DNA of 55,999 nucleotides from a virus. Taxonomy: Duplodnaviria; Caudoviricetes. Under the pieces are notes generated by a model. The model made no database searches. It saw only the letters and a list, made by a program, of their open reading frames with translations, and was not told the origin of the DNA. The translations under genes were made by a program, and so were the position numbers. Within the stretch, counting starts at the first letter, position 1; each line of letters opens with the position of its first letter. Shown piece after piece: positions 18,198 through 27,668 of the stretch. Where the stretch lies: positions 1-55,999 of the IMG/VR virus record IMGVR_UViG_3300024262_006261, one strand, 5' to 3'.

Positions 18198-19310
18198 TTA
18201 TCTTATTATTACAGGAATAGATTTTTGCCCTTCAAAAGCAATTACCCATGCCCAATATCGTATTCTACCTTCTATCAAATTATATTTATACTTACTATTC
18301 TCATCTGTGTTTAGAACAACACTTACAGGTTTCAATAATCCTTCTTCTTTTACCCCTAAGGCAAGCTCTTCGGGACTGGGTGTAAAATTCAAAAGATTCT
18401 GCTTTGCTTCTTCTAAAGTTTGATATGCTTGCCTGTTACACCGACCTTCCAAAATTACCTGTATCTGTTCTACAGGAACTTCTACTGCCTTTGAAGGAAA
18501 AGAATCTTCTATAAGTTTAATATCTATATTCTCTAAAACAAAATCAGTAGATGTTGCATTATCTACCAAATGTCGAGGATTGCCTGTTTTAGGAATTGCT
18601 ACCACATTTTGATGAGTAATCAACCAATTCAAAATTATTTGGGCCGGAGTTTTTTGATACTTCGTAGCTATACTTCTCAAAAGTAATATTTTTTCTTTCT
18701 TTCTTACTAAATCTCCTTGGTCTAAAGGACTATAAGCTACGAATGTTATATCGTTTATTTGACAAAATGGAAGAACCTTTTCCTCCACACCTCGATCTAT
18801 TAGACTATATTCCAATTGTATCGCAGAAATGCCTTTGGAAGTGGCCTTCTTTGCTTCTTTTATTTCTTTTAGAGAAAAATTACTAAGTCCTATATATCTA
18901 ATTTTACCCTCATCTACCAATTGATCCATAGCTTGCATTGTTTGTTCTATAGGAATATTAGGATTGGGCCAATGAATGTAATACAAATCTATATGATCTA
19001 CTTTTAATCTAAACAAGCTATTCTCAACAGCCGACTTCAATTCTTCGGGTTGTAAATGATTGGGAGAGACCTTGGTGCACACACAAAAATTCTTTTTTGC
19101 AATAGGAGATACCTTACCTATTATTTTTTCTGACAAACCATTTCCATATTGTTCAGCAGTATCTATAAAATTGATTCCTAAACAATCGGCAAACTCTATC
19201 ATCAATGCCTGTTTTTCTAATATGCAAGGATCATTGTAAGGATGATGTGCATTGCCCATTCCTATAGCAGATATTTCTAATTCTGTATTACCGAGTTTCT
19301 TTGTTTTCAT
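18198..19310 (-). CDS. aldo/keto reductase with ParB/Srx-like C-terminal extension
   Basis: 'IDTAEQYG', 'DLYYIHWP', 'IGLSNF' and 'AYSPL'; tail 'GLLKPVSV..LIEGRIRY'. Confidence 0.85.
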   Translation of the reverse strand: MKTKKLGNTELEISAIGMGNAHHPYNDPCILEKQALMIEFADCLGINFIDTAEQYGNGLSEKIIGKVSPIAKKNFCVCTKVSPNHLQPEELKSAVENSLFRLKVDHIDLYYIHWPNPNIPIEQTMQAMDQLVDEGKIRYIGLSNFSLKEIKEAKKATSKGISAIQLEYSLIDRGVEEKVLPFCQINDITFVAYSPLDQGDLVRKKEKILLLRSIATKYQKTPAQIILNWLITHQNVVAIPKTGNPRHLVDNATSTDFVLENIDIKLIEDSFPSKAVEVPVEQIQVILEGRCNRQAYQTLEEAKQNLLNFTPSPEELALGVKEEGLLKPVSVVLNTDENSKYKYNLIEGRIRYWAWVIAFEGQKSIPVIIR

Positions 19311-19734
19311 AACCTAGCAAGCCTCCTATCCAATCTTCTAAACCATCGGTTTTATCGTTAGACCATTGTGCTCCCCGTTCCATATCTTGTAGTAGCTCCA
19401 AAAGAAAATTCTTTATACGATTTCTAAAACCATTTAGCTGATGAGCATATCTAAGTCTATCGGCATATTGCTCCGAAGTAGCCTCTTCCAACCTATCTTT
19501 GGTCTCCCAAATATGAAAATTTATTTGAGATAAGACAACCATAGCACATAATAAACGAGCAGATAATTTTATATTTCTTTCCTCTATAAGAATATCCAAA
19601 TCATGTAAAAGCATTTGTATTTCCGACGATACCAATTCTCGATTTAATTCCTTAATCATCTTTATGGTATCTACTGTTGTACGGTCTATAAGTTCGGCCA
19701 TAGAAGGCATTATTTGTCGTTTTTTATTTGTCAT
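19288..19734 (-). CDS. hypothetical helical protein, paralog of 9923..10372
   Basis: Shared motifs with 9923..10372. Confidence 0.7.
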   Translation of the reverse strand: MTNKKRQIMPSMAELIDRTTVDTIKMIKELNRELVSSEIQMLLHDLDILIEERNIKLSARLLCAMVVLSQINFHIWETKDRLEEATSEQYADRLRYAHQLNGFRNRIKNFLLELLQDMERGAQWSNDKTDGLEDWIGGLLGYENKETR

Positions 19735-20698
19735 TTAATTTTTTCCTATTGCAATACCAATCTATTGTTCTACGAATCCCTTCCTCTAATTCTATTTCTA
19801 ATTCAAATCCCAAATACTTTTTAGCTCTGTCCATAGATAGAATACGAACCAAATCCCCCACCGGTTTATTTACACCCCAGTCTACAATAGGAGATTTCTT
19901 TACAACCTTCAAAATAGTGGTTACCAAATCTTTGATGGTGTATCCTATTCCTGAACCTAGGTTGATCGGAAAACAAGGAGGAGCCTTCTCCATTGCTATT
20001 AGCATCCACCTTACCAACTCTTTTGAATATATAAAATCACGAATAGCGGAACCATCTCCCCAAACAACCAATGGATTTTCTCCGTCTATTATTCTACATA
20101 TCAAAGCAGGTATTACATGACCCGTATCAGAATTGAAATTATCATAGGGCCCGTACACTACTGTTGGTCTAACTATTCTAACAGCATCCCATTGATGTTC
20201 TTTCATATAAGTTTCTGCTTGTATCTCGCCTATACGTTTTACCAACCCAATAAAACCATCGTTTTGTGTTGGTTTTCCATCCCACCAACAATCTTCTTCC
20301 CGTGGAGTATTTTTATTAGGGTATCCACAGACGCTGCTAACATATAAAAATCGTTCTATTCTATGGCGAAAAGCCGCTTCCATAAGATGGGTTTGACCCA
20401 CCAATGCCGGATAAAAATAACTGGCTGCCTTTGTTCCTCCTATGCCAACAGAACCCTTTCGACCCAACAAATTAAAGACGTAATCTTGACCAGAAACCAC
20501 TGATAAGCAATTTTCCATATCGGTTAGGTCTAATTGAAAGTGAGACACATTCGAGCCTAATACCTTATGAACATATTCATTAGAGTCCAAAGATACTGTT
20601 GTTACGACAGCCTCCCGTTTCAATAGTTCTTTTACCAAAGGTATTCCTATTGTTCCAGTGCCTCCTGCAACTAATACTTTTTTACCTCTATAAAACAT
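19724..20698 (-). CDS. NAD-dependent epimerase/reductase (GDP-fucose synthase-like)
   Basis: AGGTGTIG, RPTVVYGPYDNF and VWGDGSAIRDF; YxxxK replaced by IGLVK. Confidence 0.85.
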   Translation of the reverse strand: MFYRGKKVLVAGGTGTIGIPLVKELLKREAVVTTVSLDSNEYVHKVLGSNVSHFQLDLTDMENCLSVVSGQDYVFNLLGRKGSVGIGGTKAASYFYPALVGQTHLMEAAFRHRIERFLYVSSVCGYPNKNTPREEDCWWDGKPTQNDGFIGLVKRIGEIQAETYMKEHQWDAVRIVRPTVVYGPYDNFNSDTGHVIPALICRIIDGENPLVVWGDGSAIRDFIYSKELVRWMLIAMEKAPPCFPINLGSGIGYTIKDLVTTILKVVKKSPIVDWGVNKPVGDLVRILSMDRAKKYLGFELEIELEEGIRRTIDWYCNRKKLNDK

Positions 20699-20714
20699 AA
20701 TACGACTTTCCTAT

Positions 20715-21434
20715 TTATAATATAGGTATCTCCTCCGGAGAATAAGGTTGTACTGTGTCTACTCTTGTTCTCCTAAGAGACTTATCTGGATTTCTCCATA
20801 AGGAATTTAATAAAACATGGTCCGGATGGTTAATACATATCAATCGTTTTGCAGGGTCTTCGCACGGTCTCTCCCTAGCAATTGCACCGGGAACAACAAA
20901 TGGATATCCTCCTGCTTCATATATTCGCAAGTGTAAATCATTATCACCATATAGTTGATTAAACCGTTTGTCGTATCCACCTAACTCTTGCCATACAGAT
21001 TTTTTGATAATAGTACATACACCTATCACAGAAGAACATTTATTACTAGGATCAAAGTACATTAAATAATCCTTTGGAGGTCCGTACAAGACATCGCTAA
21101 ATCTAGACATAACTATAGCTTTGTTATCCGTCATTCTTTGTACATATTGATGCATCAATCCTAAAAACCCTACGGAGAACATAAGGTCATCCATAACTGT
21201 CATTACATATTCACCTTTAGCATTTCTACAAGCAGTCTCAAAGCACTGTTGAGGTTTTGCTTCACTATAGATATGACGAAAGTTCTCTGGTAAAGCAAAA
21301 TTTGGTCTAACATTCCCTACAAAGACAAACTCAAACGATACGTTGGCAGCATCATAATTAATTTGATTGTGCATCTCCATCCAATAATGAGGCCTAACAG
21401 CTGAAGAAATAACACTAACAATAGGATTACTCAT
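20715..21434 (-). CDS. GT2-like glycosyltransferase (paralog block B)
   Basis: Likely start MSNPIVSV; 'FEFVFVG', 'ACRNAKGEY', 'MDD', 'GGYDKRF'. Confidence 0.75.
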   Translation of the reverse strand: MSNPIVSVISSAVRPHYWMEMHNQINYDAANVSFEFVFVGNVRPNFALPENFRHIYSEAKPQQCFETACRNAKGEYVMTVMDDLMFSVGFLGLMHQYVQRMTDNKAIVMSRFSDVLYGPPKDYLMYFDPSNKCSSVIGVCTIIKKSVWQELGGYDKRFNQLYGDNDLHLRIYEAGGYPFVVPGAIARERPCEDPAKRLICINHPDHVLLNSLWRNPDKSLRRTRVDTVQPYSPEEIPIL

Positions 21435-21444
21435 AATATATTCC

Positions 21445-22158
21445 TTATGAATCAATAAAAATTTCGTCTTCGGAAAAAGATTGAACAAAATCTAATCTTT
21501 TTTTACTAAAGATACCTTCTTCTTTCCATAGAGAATCGAGAAGAATCCTATCCAACATATACTTGGTAACTAATCGAGGATAGACATGTGGCTTCTCTTT
21601 TACGGTGAATTCTTCAGGAGGCAAAATAAACGGATGTCCTCCTGCTTCAAATATGCGTAATTGTAAATCATCTGTAGAAAATATAAGATTAAACCCTCTA
21701 TCTAATCCACCTAATTCCTGCCAAACACTTTTCCTAATAAGAATAACTGGTGCTACTATAGGAAATTCAGGATAAGGTTCCAAAACCAAAAGGTTATCCA
21801 TAGGACCATGATCTATATTATCTGAAAATCTTGACATGATCACAGCTTTCTCATTCCACATCCTTAGCATATACCCATACAATACATCTATTACTCCAGT
21901 AGGGAATTGTTCATCATCTGCAGCAACCAATACGAATTCCCCTTTGGCATTTCTACAAGCCATTTCCAAACATTGAACTGGTTTTGCTTCGCTATAAATA
22001 TATCGAAAGTTCTCAGGTAAAGCAAAATTGGGCCTATTGGGCCCTACAAAAACAATCTCAAAAGGAGTAATATTTCCATCGGTAACCTCCTTATAAAACT
22101 GCTCCCAAAGTTGGGGTCTAGCTGCTGTAGCTATTATAGATATAATAGGTTTTTCCAT
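21445..22158 (-). CDS. GT2-like glycosyltransferase (paralog block B)
   Basis: 'ACRNAKGEF', 'ADD', 'GGLDRGF'. Confidence 0.75.
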   Translation of the reverse strand: MEKPIISIIATAARPQLWEQFYKEVTDGNITPFEIVFVGPNRPNFALPENFRYIYSEAKPVQCLEMACRNAKGEFVLVAADDEQFPTGVIDVLYGYMLRMWNEKAVIMSRFSDNIDHGPMDNLLVLEPYPEFPIVAPVILIRKSVWQELGGLDRGFNLIFSTDDLQLRIFEAGGHPFILPPEEFTVKEKPHVYPRLVTKYMLDRILLDSLWKEEGIFSKKRLDFVQSFSEDEIFIDS

Positions 22159-22168
22159 AATTTTCTTT

Positions 22169-22882
22169 CTATCTAACTATAGATATATCATCCTCGGTAA
22201 AAGGTTGAAACTCTACTAATCTTTCTTCACCGACAGTACCATCACTTTTCATCCAACATTCTTCAAGAAATGCATAATCATCCAAAGCCTCTTTCGTTGT
22301 AGATAGTCGAGAAGAAGGAAGATTTACTTCTACCCTTTCTTCAACAATAGCACTAGGAACAAGAAAGGGGTACACTCCTGCTTCATAAGCACGCAGTATC
22401 AGATCTAAATCAGAACCTACATTAGTAAATCTTTTATCTAATCCTCCTAATCTGCTCCATAAACAACGAGGCATGATAGGAGTTAATCCTACCAATCCAT
22501 TTCCGTTCCAACAACCTTTTACAGGAGACATACCAGGTAAAGGAATAAATTGACTTGTAACCATAGCAGTCTTGTTTCTAGGTAATCTTTGAATATACCA
22601 ATACATCTCATTTAAGAATTCAGGGCTGTACATGACATCGTCGCCGGTAAACATTATATATTTACCTTTACTATTTCTACGAGCTGTCTCATAGCATTGT
22701 ATAGGATTTGCTTCACTATAAATATAATAAAAATTTTCCGGTAAATCAAATTCTGGTCTAACATTACCAGCAAACACAATTTCAAATGGAACCTTATTGT
22801 TCAACGATAATTGCTCGTACATATCTAACCAAAAGTACGTTTTAACCGCCGATGCAAACAAACTAATAATTGGTTTTTCCAT
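22169..22882 (-). CDS. GT2-like glycosyltransferase (paralog block B)
   Basis: 'ARRNSKGKY', 'GDD', 'GGLDKRF'. Confidence 0.75.
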   Translation of the reverse strand: MEKPIISLFASAVKTYFWLDMYEQLSLNNKVPFEIVFAGNVRPEFDLPENFYYIYSEANPIQCYETARRNSKGKYIMFTGDDVMYSPEFLNEMYWYIQRLPRNKTAMVTSQFIPLPGMSPVKGCWNGNGLVGLTPIMPRCLWSRLGGLDKRFTNVGSDLDLILRAYEAGVYPFLVPSAIVEERVEVNLPSSRLSTTKEALDDYAFLEECWMKSDGTVGEERLVEFQPFTEDDISIVR

Positions 22883-22891
22883 AATATCTTT

Positions 22892-23623
22892 CTATCTAAC
22901 TATAGGTATTTCACTGTCTAAATACGGTTGAACAGGATCTAATCTTTCTCTTCTAGGGCTTCCATCAGGATTAATCCACAAGGAATCTATAAAAGACCTA
23001 TCCTCCATTTTCCCTTTCGACGGATCTTGAATTAAACGAGGATACTCATGAGTCCTTTCTCTAACAATATGATCATCGGAAGGAACAACAAAAGAAAATC
23101 CCCCAGAAGATAAAATACGCATTTGTATATCTGTATCACTCCATAAACGATTAAATCTTCGGTCAACTCCACCTACTTCTTGCCAAACCTTCTTCTTGAT
23201 AAGAACGGCACAAGCTACTACCGCAGATTTAGAGCTATTCAAATCAAAAAACATATCGTAATCGGGAGTACCTGGATTAGGATTATCAGAAAATCTTGCT
23301 CCTATAATTACTCTCTCGTTCCACATCCTTAGCATATACCCATACATCGTATCTATAGTTCCAGGGGGAACAATTAAGTCGTCTGTAAAAATTAGCACAT
23401 ACTCTCCTTTAGCATTCCTACAAGCAATTTCAAAACACCGTGGAGGTATTTCTTCACTATAGATATGACAAAAATTCTCCGGTAAAGCGAAATTAGGTCT
23501 AGCATTCCCAACGAACACAATTTCAAATGGGGTTTTATTTCCATTGCAACACATAGCATAGAACTCTTGCCAAAGCTGGGGTCTTATGGAAGGTGCTATT
23601 ATACTTATTATAGGTGCGATCAT
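22892..23623 (-). CDS. GT2-like glycosyltransferase (paralog block B)
   Basis: Likely start MIAPIISI; 'ACRNAKGEY', 'TDD', 'GGVDRRF'. Confidence 0.75.
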   Translation of the reverse strand: MIAPIISIIAPSIRPQLWQEFYAMCCNGNKTPFEIVFVGNARPNFALPENFCHIYSEEIPPRCFEIACRNAKGEYVLIFTDDLIVPPGTIDTMYGYMLRMWNERVIIGARFSDNPNPGTPDYDMFFDLNSSKSAVVACAVLIKKKVWQEVGGVDRRFNRLWSDTDIQMRILSSGGFSFVVPSDDHIVRERTHEYPRLIQDPSKGKMEDRSFIDSLWINPDGSPRRERLDPVQPYLDSEIPIVR

Positions 23624-23624
23624 A

Positions 23625-24554
23625 CTACAAAACTCTCCATATAGTAAAAGAATATCCAGTATGATATAAACTACCACACGGAACATATTGTGTCTTGATC
23701 ATCTCTATCTTTTTCATTGCATGTAGATAGGACAATCGAGATATATAACCAAAAAGATAATTCCTTACTCTATCGTATTTTAATGCTAAATAATCAGATA
23801 AATTATCTTCCGAATACAATTCTGAATATGTATCCAAATTTATAACAATAGCCGGCTTCTTTTCTAGAATAAACTGAATAAAAGGCTCAAAATCCTTTCC
23901 TAGCTGTTCCAAAGAGCCTACAGTATAAAAAGCACTATTCTCTTTTATTTCTACAGCATAATCAGGATTAAACATATCAAAGACATGGCCAGTTATATTA
24001 TAATCTAATTTTTCGTGTAATAGGTTAAGTATTCGTTTTGTAGACTCTACCCAATCGAACCCGTGGAGTTCTTTATTAGGATACATCTTAGCCATACGTA
24101 CAAGGTCGTATCCTGTGCCACATCCAAACTCGTAAACATGATCAACGTCTTTTAGATAGGTCTCAAATAGCCAATTCTTAAGAACGGTTGTAAAATCTAA
24201 CTCAAAATTCTGATTCTCAGGATTAGCATAATCACCAAATATTCTTATTGGTTGTCCTGAACGAACATATTTAGGAACAAGAGTATCTATTGCGAACCCA
24301 CTATCTATGAACTCTTGTAGATTTTCATCCCAACCTTTTATCCACTTTGCTTTCTCTTCAGGACCAGAAATTGTCAATCCTCCTGAATCTATTTTTTTGA
24401 TGATACCAAGAATGAGATTGGTGTAGTCATCATGTGTAAGACCACTATATCTAAAATCGTGTGAATTAATCTCATCCAAGGTTCGAGGAGAGAACTCACT
24501 TGCATCTATTCCAAGTAGCTCCGCAAAAGAATCGACATCTAAATTATGAGACAT
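23625..24554 (-). CDS. class I SAM-dependent methyltransferase
   Basis: 'VYEFGCGTG' and 'LHGFDW'. Confidence 0.75.
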   Translation of the reverse strand: MSHNLDVDSFAELLGIDASEFSPRTLDEINSHDFRYSGLTHDDYTNLILGIIKKIDSGGLTISGPEEKAKWIKGWDENLQEFIDSGFAIDTLVPKYVRSGQPIRIFGDYANPENQNFELDFTTVLKNWLFETYLKDVDHVYEFGCGTGYDLVRMAKMYPNKELHGFDWVESTKRILNLLHEKLDYNITGHVFDMFNPDYAVEIKENSAFYTVGSLEQLGKDFEPFIQFILEKKPAIVINLDTYSELYSEDNLSDYLALKYDRVRNYLFGYISRLSYLHAMKKIEMIKTQYVPCGSLYHTGYSFTIWRVL

Positions 24555-25464
24555 TATTATTACCTCTCTCTATTGCACTAATAATACTTTCTTTATCTAA
24601 ATGATTTTGTTTATGTATCCATTCTCTACTACCTATCATTGTCGAATAATCCTCTTTTAACGCTAATCTTTTCAAAGGAATATTCAAATTATTGTCTGCT
24701 ATGATTTCACTAACTAAAGAACCTATGCCTCCTATTATAGAATGTTCTTCTAATGTTATTATCTGTTTTGCTTTCTTAATCTCGTCTAATATAAGAATAC
24801 TATACGGTTTGATCAAAAACAAGTCTATAATCCGCACATCGGATATTTCCTTTTGTACTTCTAAAGCCCTATGCACCAATGTTCCTGTTGTTATTATCAA
24901 TGTGGAGCCTTCTCCATGAACCATATACCCTTTAGCAAAATTCTGAGTATCTTGATATAGATTAGAATACTCCCCCTTATCTAATCTAACATAATTTACC
25001 CCGTCTAAAGTACCTTGAAAAAGACACCCTTTTACCACATTCCTAGCAATTGTTTCGTCCGACACGCTATAGATTCTTATATTAGGTAAAACTCTCATAT
25101 TAGCAATATCTTGAATACAATGATGTGTAGGACCATCTGCCCCATACATTACACCAGGACCCATACCTATAATTGTAACAGGAAGATTCATATAGGATAG
25201 ACTTACTTTTATTTGTTCATAACATCTCTGTACGATGAAAGGAGCTATTGCATAAACAAATACGTACTTTCCTTCTAATGCTAACCCTGCTGCGACATTT
25301 ATAAGATTCTGTTCTGATACCCCTACATTTATGTACTGCTGTGGAAGATCTTTCTTGAATTTCCTCAGACTAAAAGCATCCATATCTGCAGTTAGAAAAA
25401 GAACATTCGAGTCTTTATTGGCTATCTCATATAATTCATCAAAAAAAGTATCTCTTAAATCCAC
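24544..25464 (-). CDS. transketolase C-terminal subunit
   Basis: 'NVGVSEQN', 'DGPTHH' and 'LEEHSIIGGIGS'. Confidence 0.9.
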   Translation of the reverse strand: MDLRDTFFDELYEIANKDSNVLFLTADMDAFSLRKFKKDLPQQYINVGVSEQNLINVAAGLALEGKYVFVYAIAPFIVQRCYEQIKVSLSYMNLPVTIIGMGPGVMYGADGPTHHCIQDIANMRVLPNIRIYSVSDETIARNVVKGCLFQGTLDGVNYVRLDKGEYSNLYQDTQNFAKGYMVHGEGSTLIITTGTLVHRALEVQKEISDVRIIDLFLIKPYSILILDEIKKAKQIITLEEHSIIGGIGSLVSEIIADNNLNIPLKRLALKEDYSTMIGSREWIHKQNHLDKESIISAIERGNNNVS

Positions 25465-26267
25465 GGCAACTCCTTCTCTATTATAGATAACTCCTGCTCA
25501 GTAGGAATACCATGATGCCAATTCAATTGCTTTTCCATAAAAGATACACCCTTACCTTTAATTGTATTGGCTATAACAACTAAAGGCTTGTTTGAAACAT
25601 TTTTTATAGACAAGATATCATCAAAAGAATGACCATCTATAACCATAGTCTCCCAATTAAAGGCTTTCCATTTGTCCTCAAACGGTTCTAAACAATTACA
25701 ATCGTAGGTAAAATCAGTCACGCATTGTTTATTTCTATCTACTATTGCTATTAAATTATTTAATTTACAATGACCTGCAAATTGGGCAGCTTCCCAAACC
25801 ACTCCTTCATAGCACTCTCCATCTCCTAAAAGAACAATAGTCTTATAAGACCTCCTATCCATCTTACCGGCCAATGCTATGCCAACACCTACTCCAAAAC
25901 CATTACCTAAAGAACCAGTGCTAACTTCTATTCCTCGTATAGCATTATCTGGATGATTAAATAATCTACTACCATCGGAACAAAAAGAGTTCAACTCCTC
26001 AATAGAAATAAACCCTAAATCTTTTAATATAGGATATAAAGCTATGCACGCATGGCCTTTACTCAAAATGAATCTATCTCTATGTGGATAAGACCAAGAA
26101 GGTTCTTTAGAATTTAATCTAAACAACCCTCCATAATACAAACCTACTAATATATCTGTGCATGAGAAAGCACCGCCTATATGACCCTTCTTGGTTTTCA
26201 TAACAAGATCGACTGCTTGTCTTCTTACCCAATTAGCTTTCTGTTGTAATTTATGATTATCTACCAT
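25455..26267 (-). CDS. transketolase N-terminal (TPP-binding) subunit
   Basis: 'GHIGGAFS', 'DRFILSKGH', 'STGSLG', 'GDGECYEG' and 'TIKGKG'. Confidence 0.9.
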   Translation of the reverse strand: MVDNHKLQQKANWVRRQAVDLVMKTKKGHIGGAFSCTDILVGLYYGGLFRLNSKEPSWSYPHRDRFILSKGHACIALYPILKDLGFISIEELNSFCSDGSRLFNHPDNAIRGIEVSTGSLGNGFGVGVGIALAGKMDRRSYKTIVLLGDGECYEGVVWEAAQFAGHCKLNNLIAIVDRNKQCVTDFTYDCNCLEPFEDKWKAFNWETMVIDGHSFDDILSIKNVSNKPLVVIANTIKGKGVSFMEKQLNWHHGIPTEQELSIIEKELPWI

Positions 26268-26625
26268 ACTTTTCTAATAGTTCCTGAAATTGTTGAGATT
26301 CACAAAAACCACTGGCATTTGTCCTATAACTATCCTCATCCTCATGGTGTGTTGAAAATTCTACTATCTTACTTTTTTCTAAACCAGTAAACCTATGTTT
26401 TGCTCCCACGGGTATATCTATAGATTGAAAAGGAAGTATCTCTGCAAAGACTCCTTCTAGTTCTAATAAGACCCTACCTTCTATCACCAAAAAAGTCTCT
26501 AACTTTTTCTTATGATAATGCATACTACAATGAGCACTACGATATAAATTAAGCACCTTACCACAATACTTATCATTATTCACGTAGATATGTTCACTTC
26601 CCCAAACTTTTTCAACTACTCTCAT
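26257..26625 (-). CDS. cupin, sugar isomerase-like (mannose-6-P isomerase / lyxose isomerase type)
   Basis: 'KVWGSE', 'SMHYHKKKLETF', 'HRF' and 'EFST'. Confidence 0.75.
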   Translation of the reverse strand: MRVVEKVWGSEHIYVNNDKYCGKVLNLYRSAHCSMHYHKKKLETFLVIEGRVLLELEGVFAEILPFQSIDIPVGAKHRFTGLEKSKIVEFSTHHEDEDSYRTNASGFCESQQFQELLEKYGR

Positions 26626-27668
26626 TAAAAAGGTCCCTTAAACTTATTTTCATAACTATAAAACTCCTCCTTAGACAAATCTATAGTAGGTATCTCCAAC
26701 ATATCCTCTATCTCTCGTATTATATTGACAGCATTAGGGTAAAACTCATTCTCCAAATGCCTAGCAGTAGGACACGGTGTAGCAGCAAATCCTATTCTCC
26801 TAACAGCAATATCTAAATGATGAAAACAATGTTCGCTAACGGTTGCCGACAGCTCTGCACCAAATCCACAAAATGTCCAATCGTTATCTGCCACAAGACA
26901 TCTTTTAGTTTTTTTCACAGATTCGACTATTGTTTCTGTATCCAAAGGACATACCGTTCTTGGGTCTACAATCTCGACGTCTATACCTTCTCTTGCCAAT
27001 ATCTCTGCTGCCTTCAATGCTTCTACATTCATCCAAGACGTAGCAATTATCGTTATATCTTTTCCTTCTCTTAATACATTCGCCTTTCCAATAGGAGTCA
27101 AATAATAATTAGGCTGCACAACACCCTTTTGCCAATATAACCATCTATGCTCAAAGCAAATAACAGGATTATCATCTTCTATTGCCGACAACAATAATCC
27201 TTTTGCGTCGCAGGGTGTGGTCGGCATAATCACCTTTAATCCCGGAAAATGAGCAAAAACAGAATGACACGATTTACTATGTTGACACCCTTGTCCCCAA
27301 CCTCTTCCTACTATGGCTCTAATTACAATAGGAACATTCAATTGACCTCCTGTATTGTAATGATAAGTAGATATCATATTAGCTATTTGATTCATTGTCA
27401 ACAAAAGAAAATCTACTCTACTGTGAATATAGATAGGACGAAGTCCTTTTATTGCTGCTCCCAAACCAAATCCTGCTAGAGCATCTTCCGACAAAGGAGT
27501 ATCTATGCAAGTATCCTTTCCAAACCTCTCTGGAACCCGTTGCATACTGCCAAATATCCTCGTATGATCAGACACCCCTATTCCATAATTAAATATACTA
27601 TGGTTGTTTTCCATAGCTTGTACTGTGGCTTCATTCAACGCTTCACAATATGTTATCTTTCTATCCAT
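26625..27668 (-). CDS. TPP-dependent dehydrogenase E1 beta-like subunit
   Basis: Likely start MDRKITY; 'DTPLSE', 'GLRP', 'QHS' and 'NPVICFEHRWLY'. Confidence 0.9.
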   Translation of the reverse strand: MDRKITYCEALNEATVQAMENNHSIFNYGIGVSDHTRIFGSMQRVPERFGKDTCIDTPLSEDALAGFGLGAAIKGLRPIYIHSRVDFLLLTMNQIANMISTYHYNTGGQLNVPIVIRAIVGRGWGQGCQHSKSCHSVFAHFPGLKVIMPTTPCDAKGLLLSAIEDDNPVICFEHRWLYWQKGVVQPNYYLTPIGKANVLREGKDITIIATSWMNVEALKAAEILAREGIDVEIVDPRTVCPLDTETIVESVKKTKRCLVADNDWTFCGFGAELSATVSEHCFHHLDIAVRRIGFAATPCPTARHLENEFYPNAVNIIREIEDMLEIPTIDLSKEEFYSYENKFKGPF

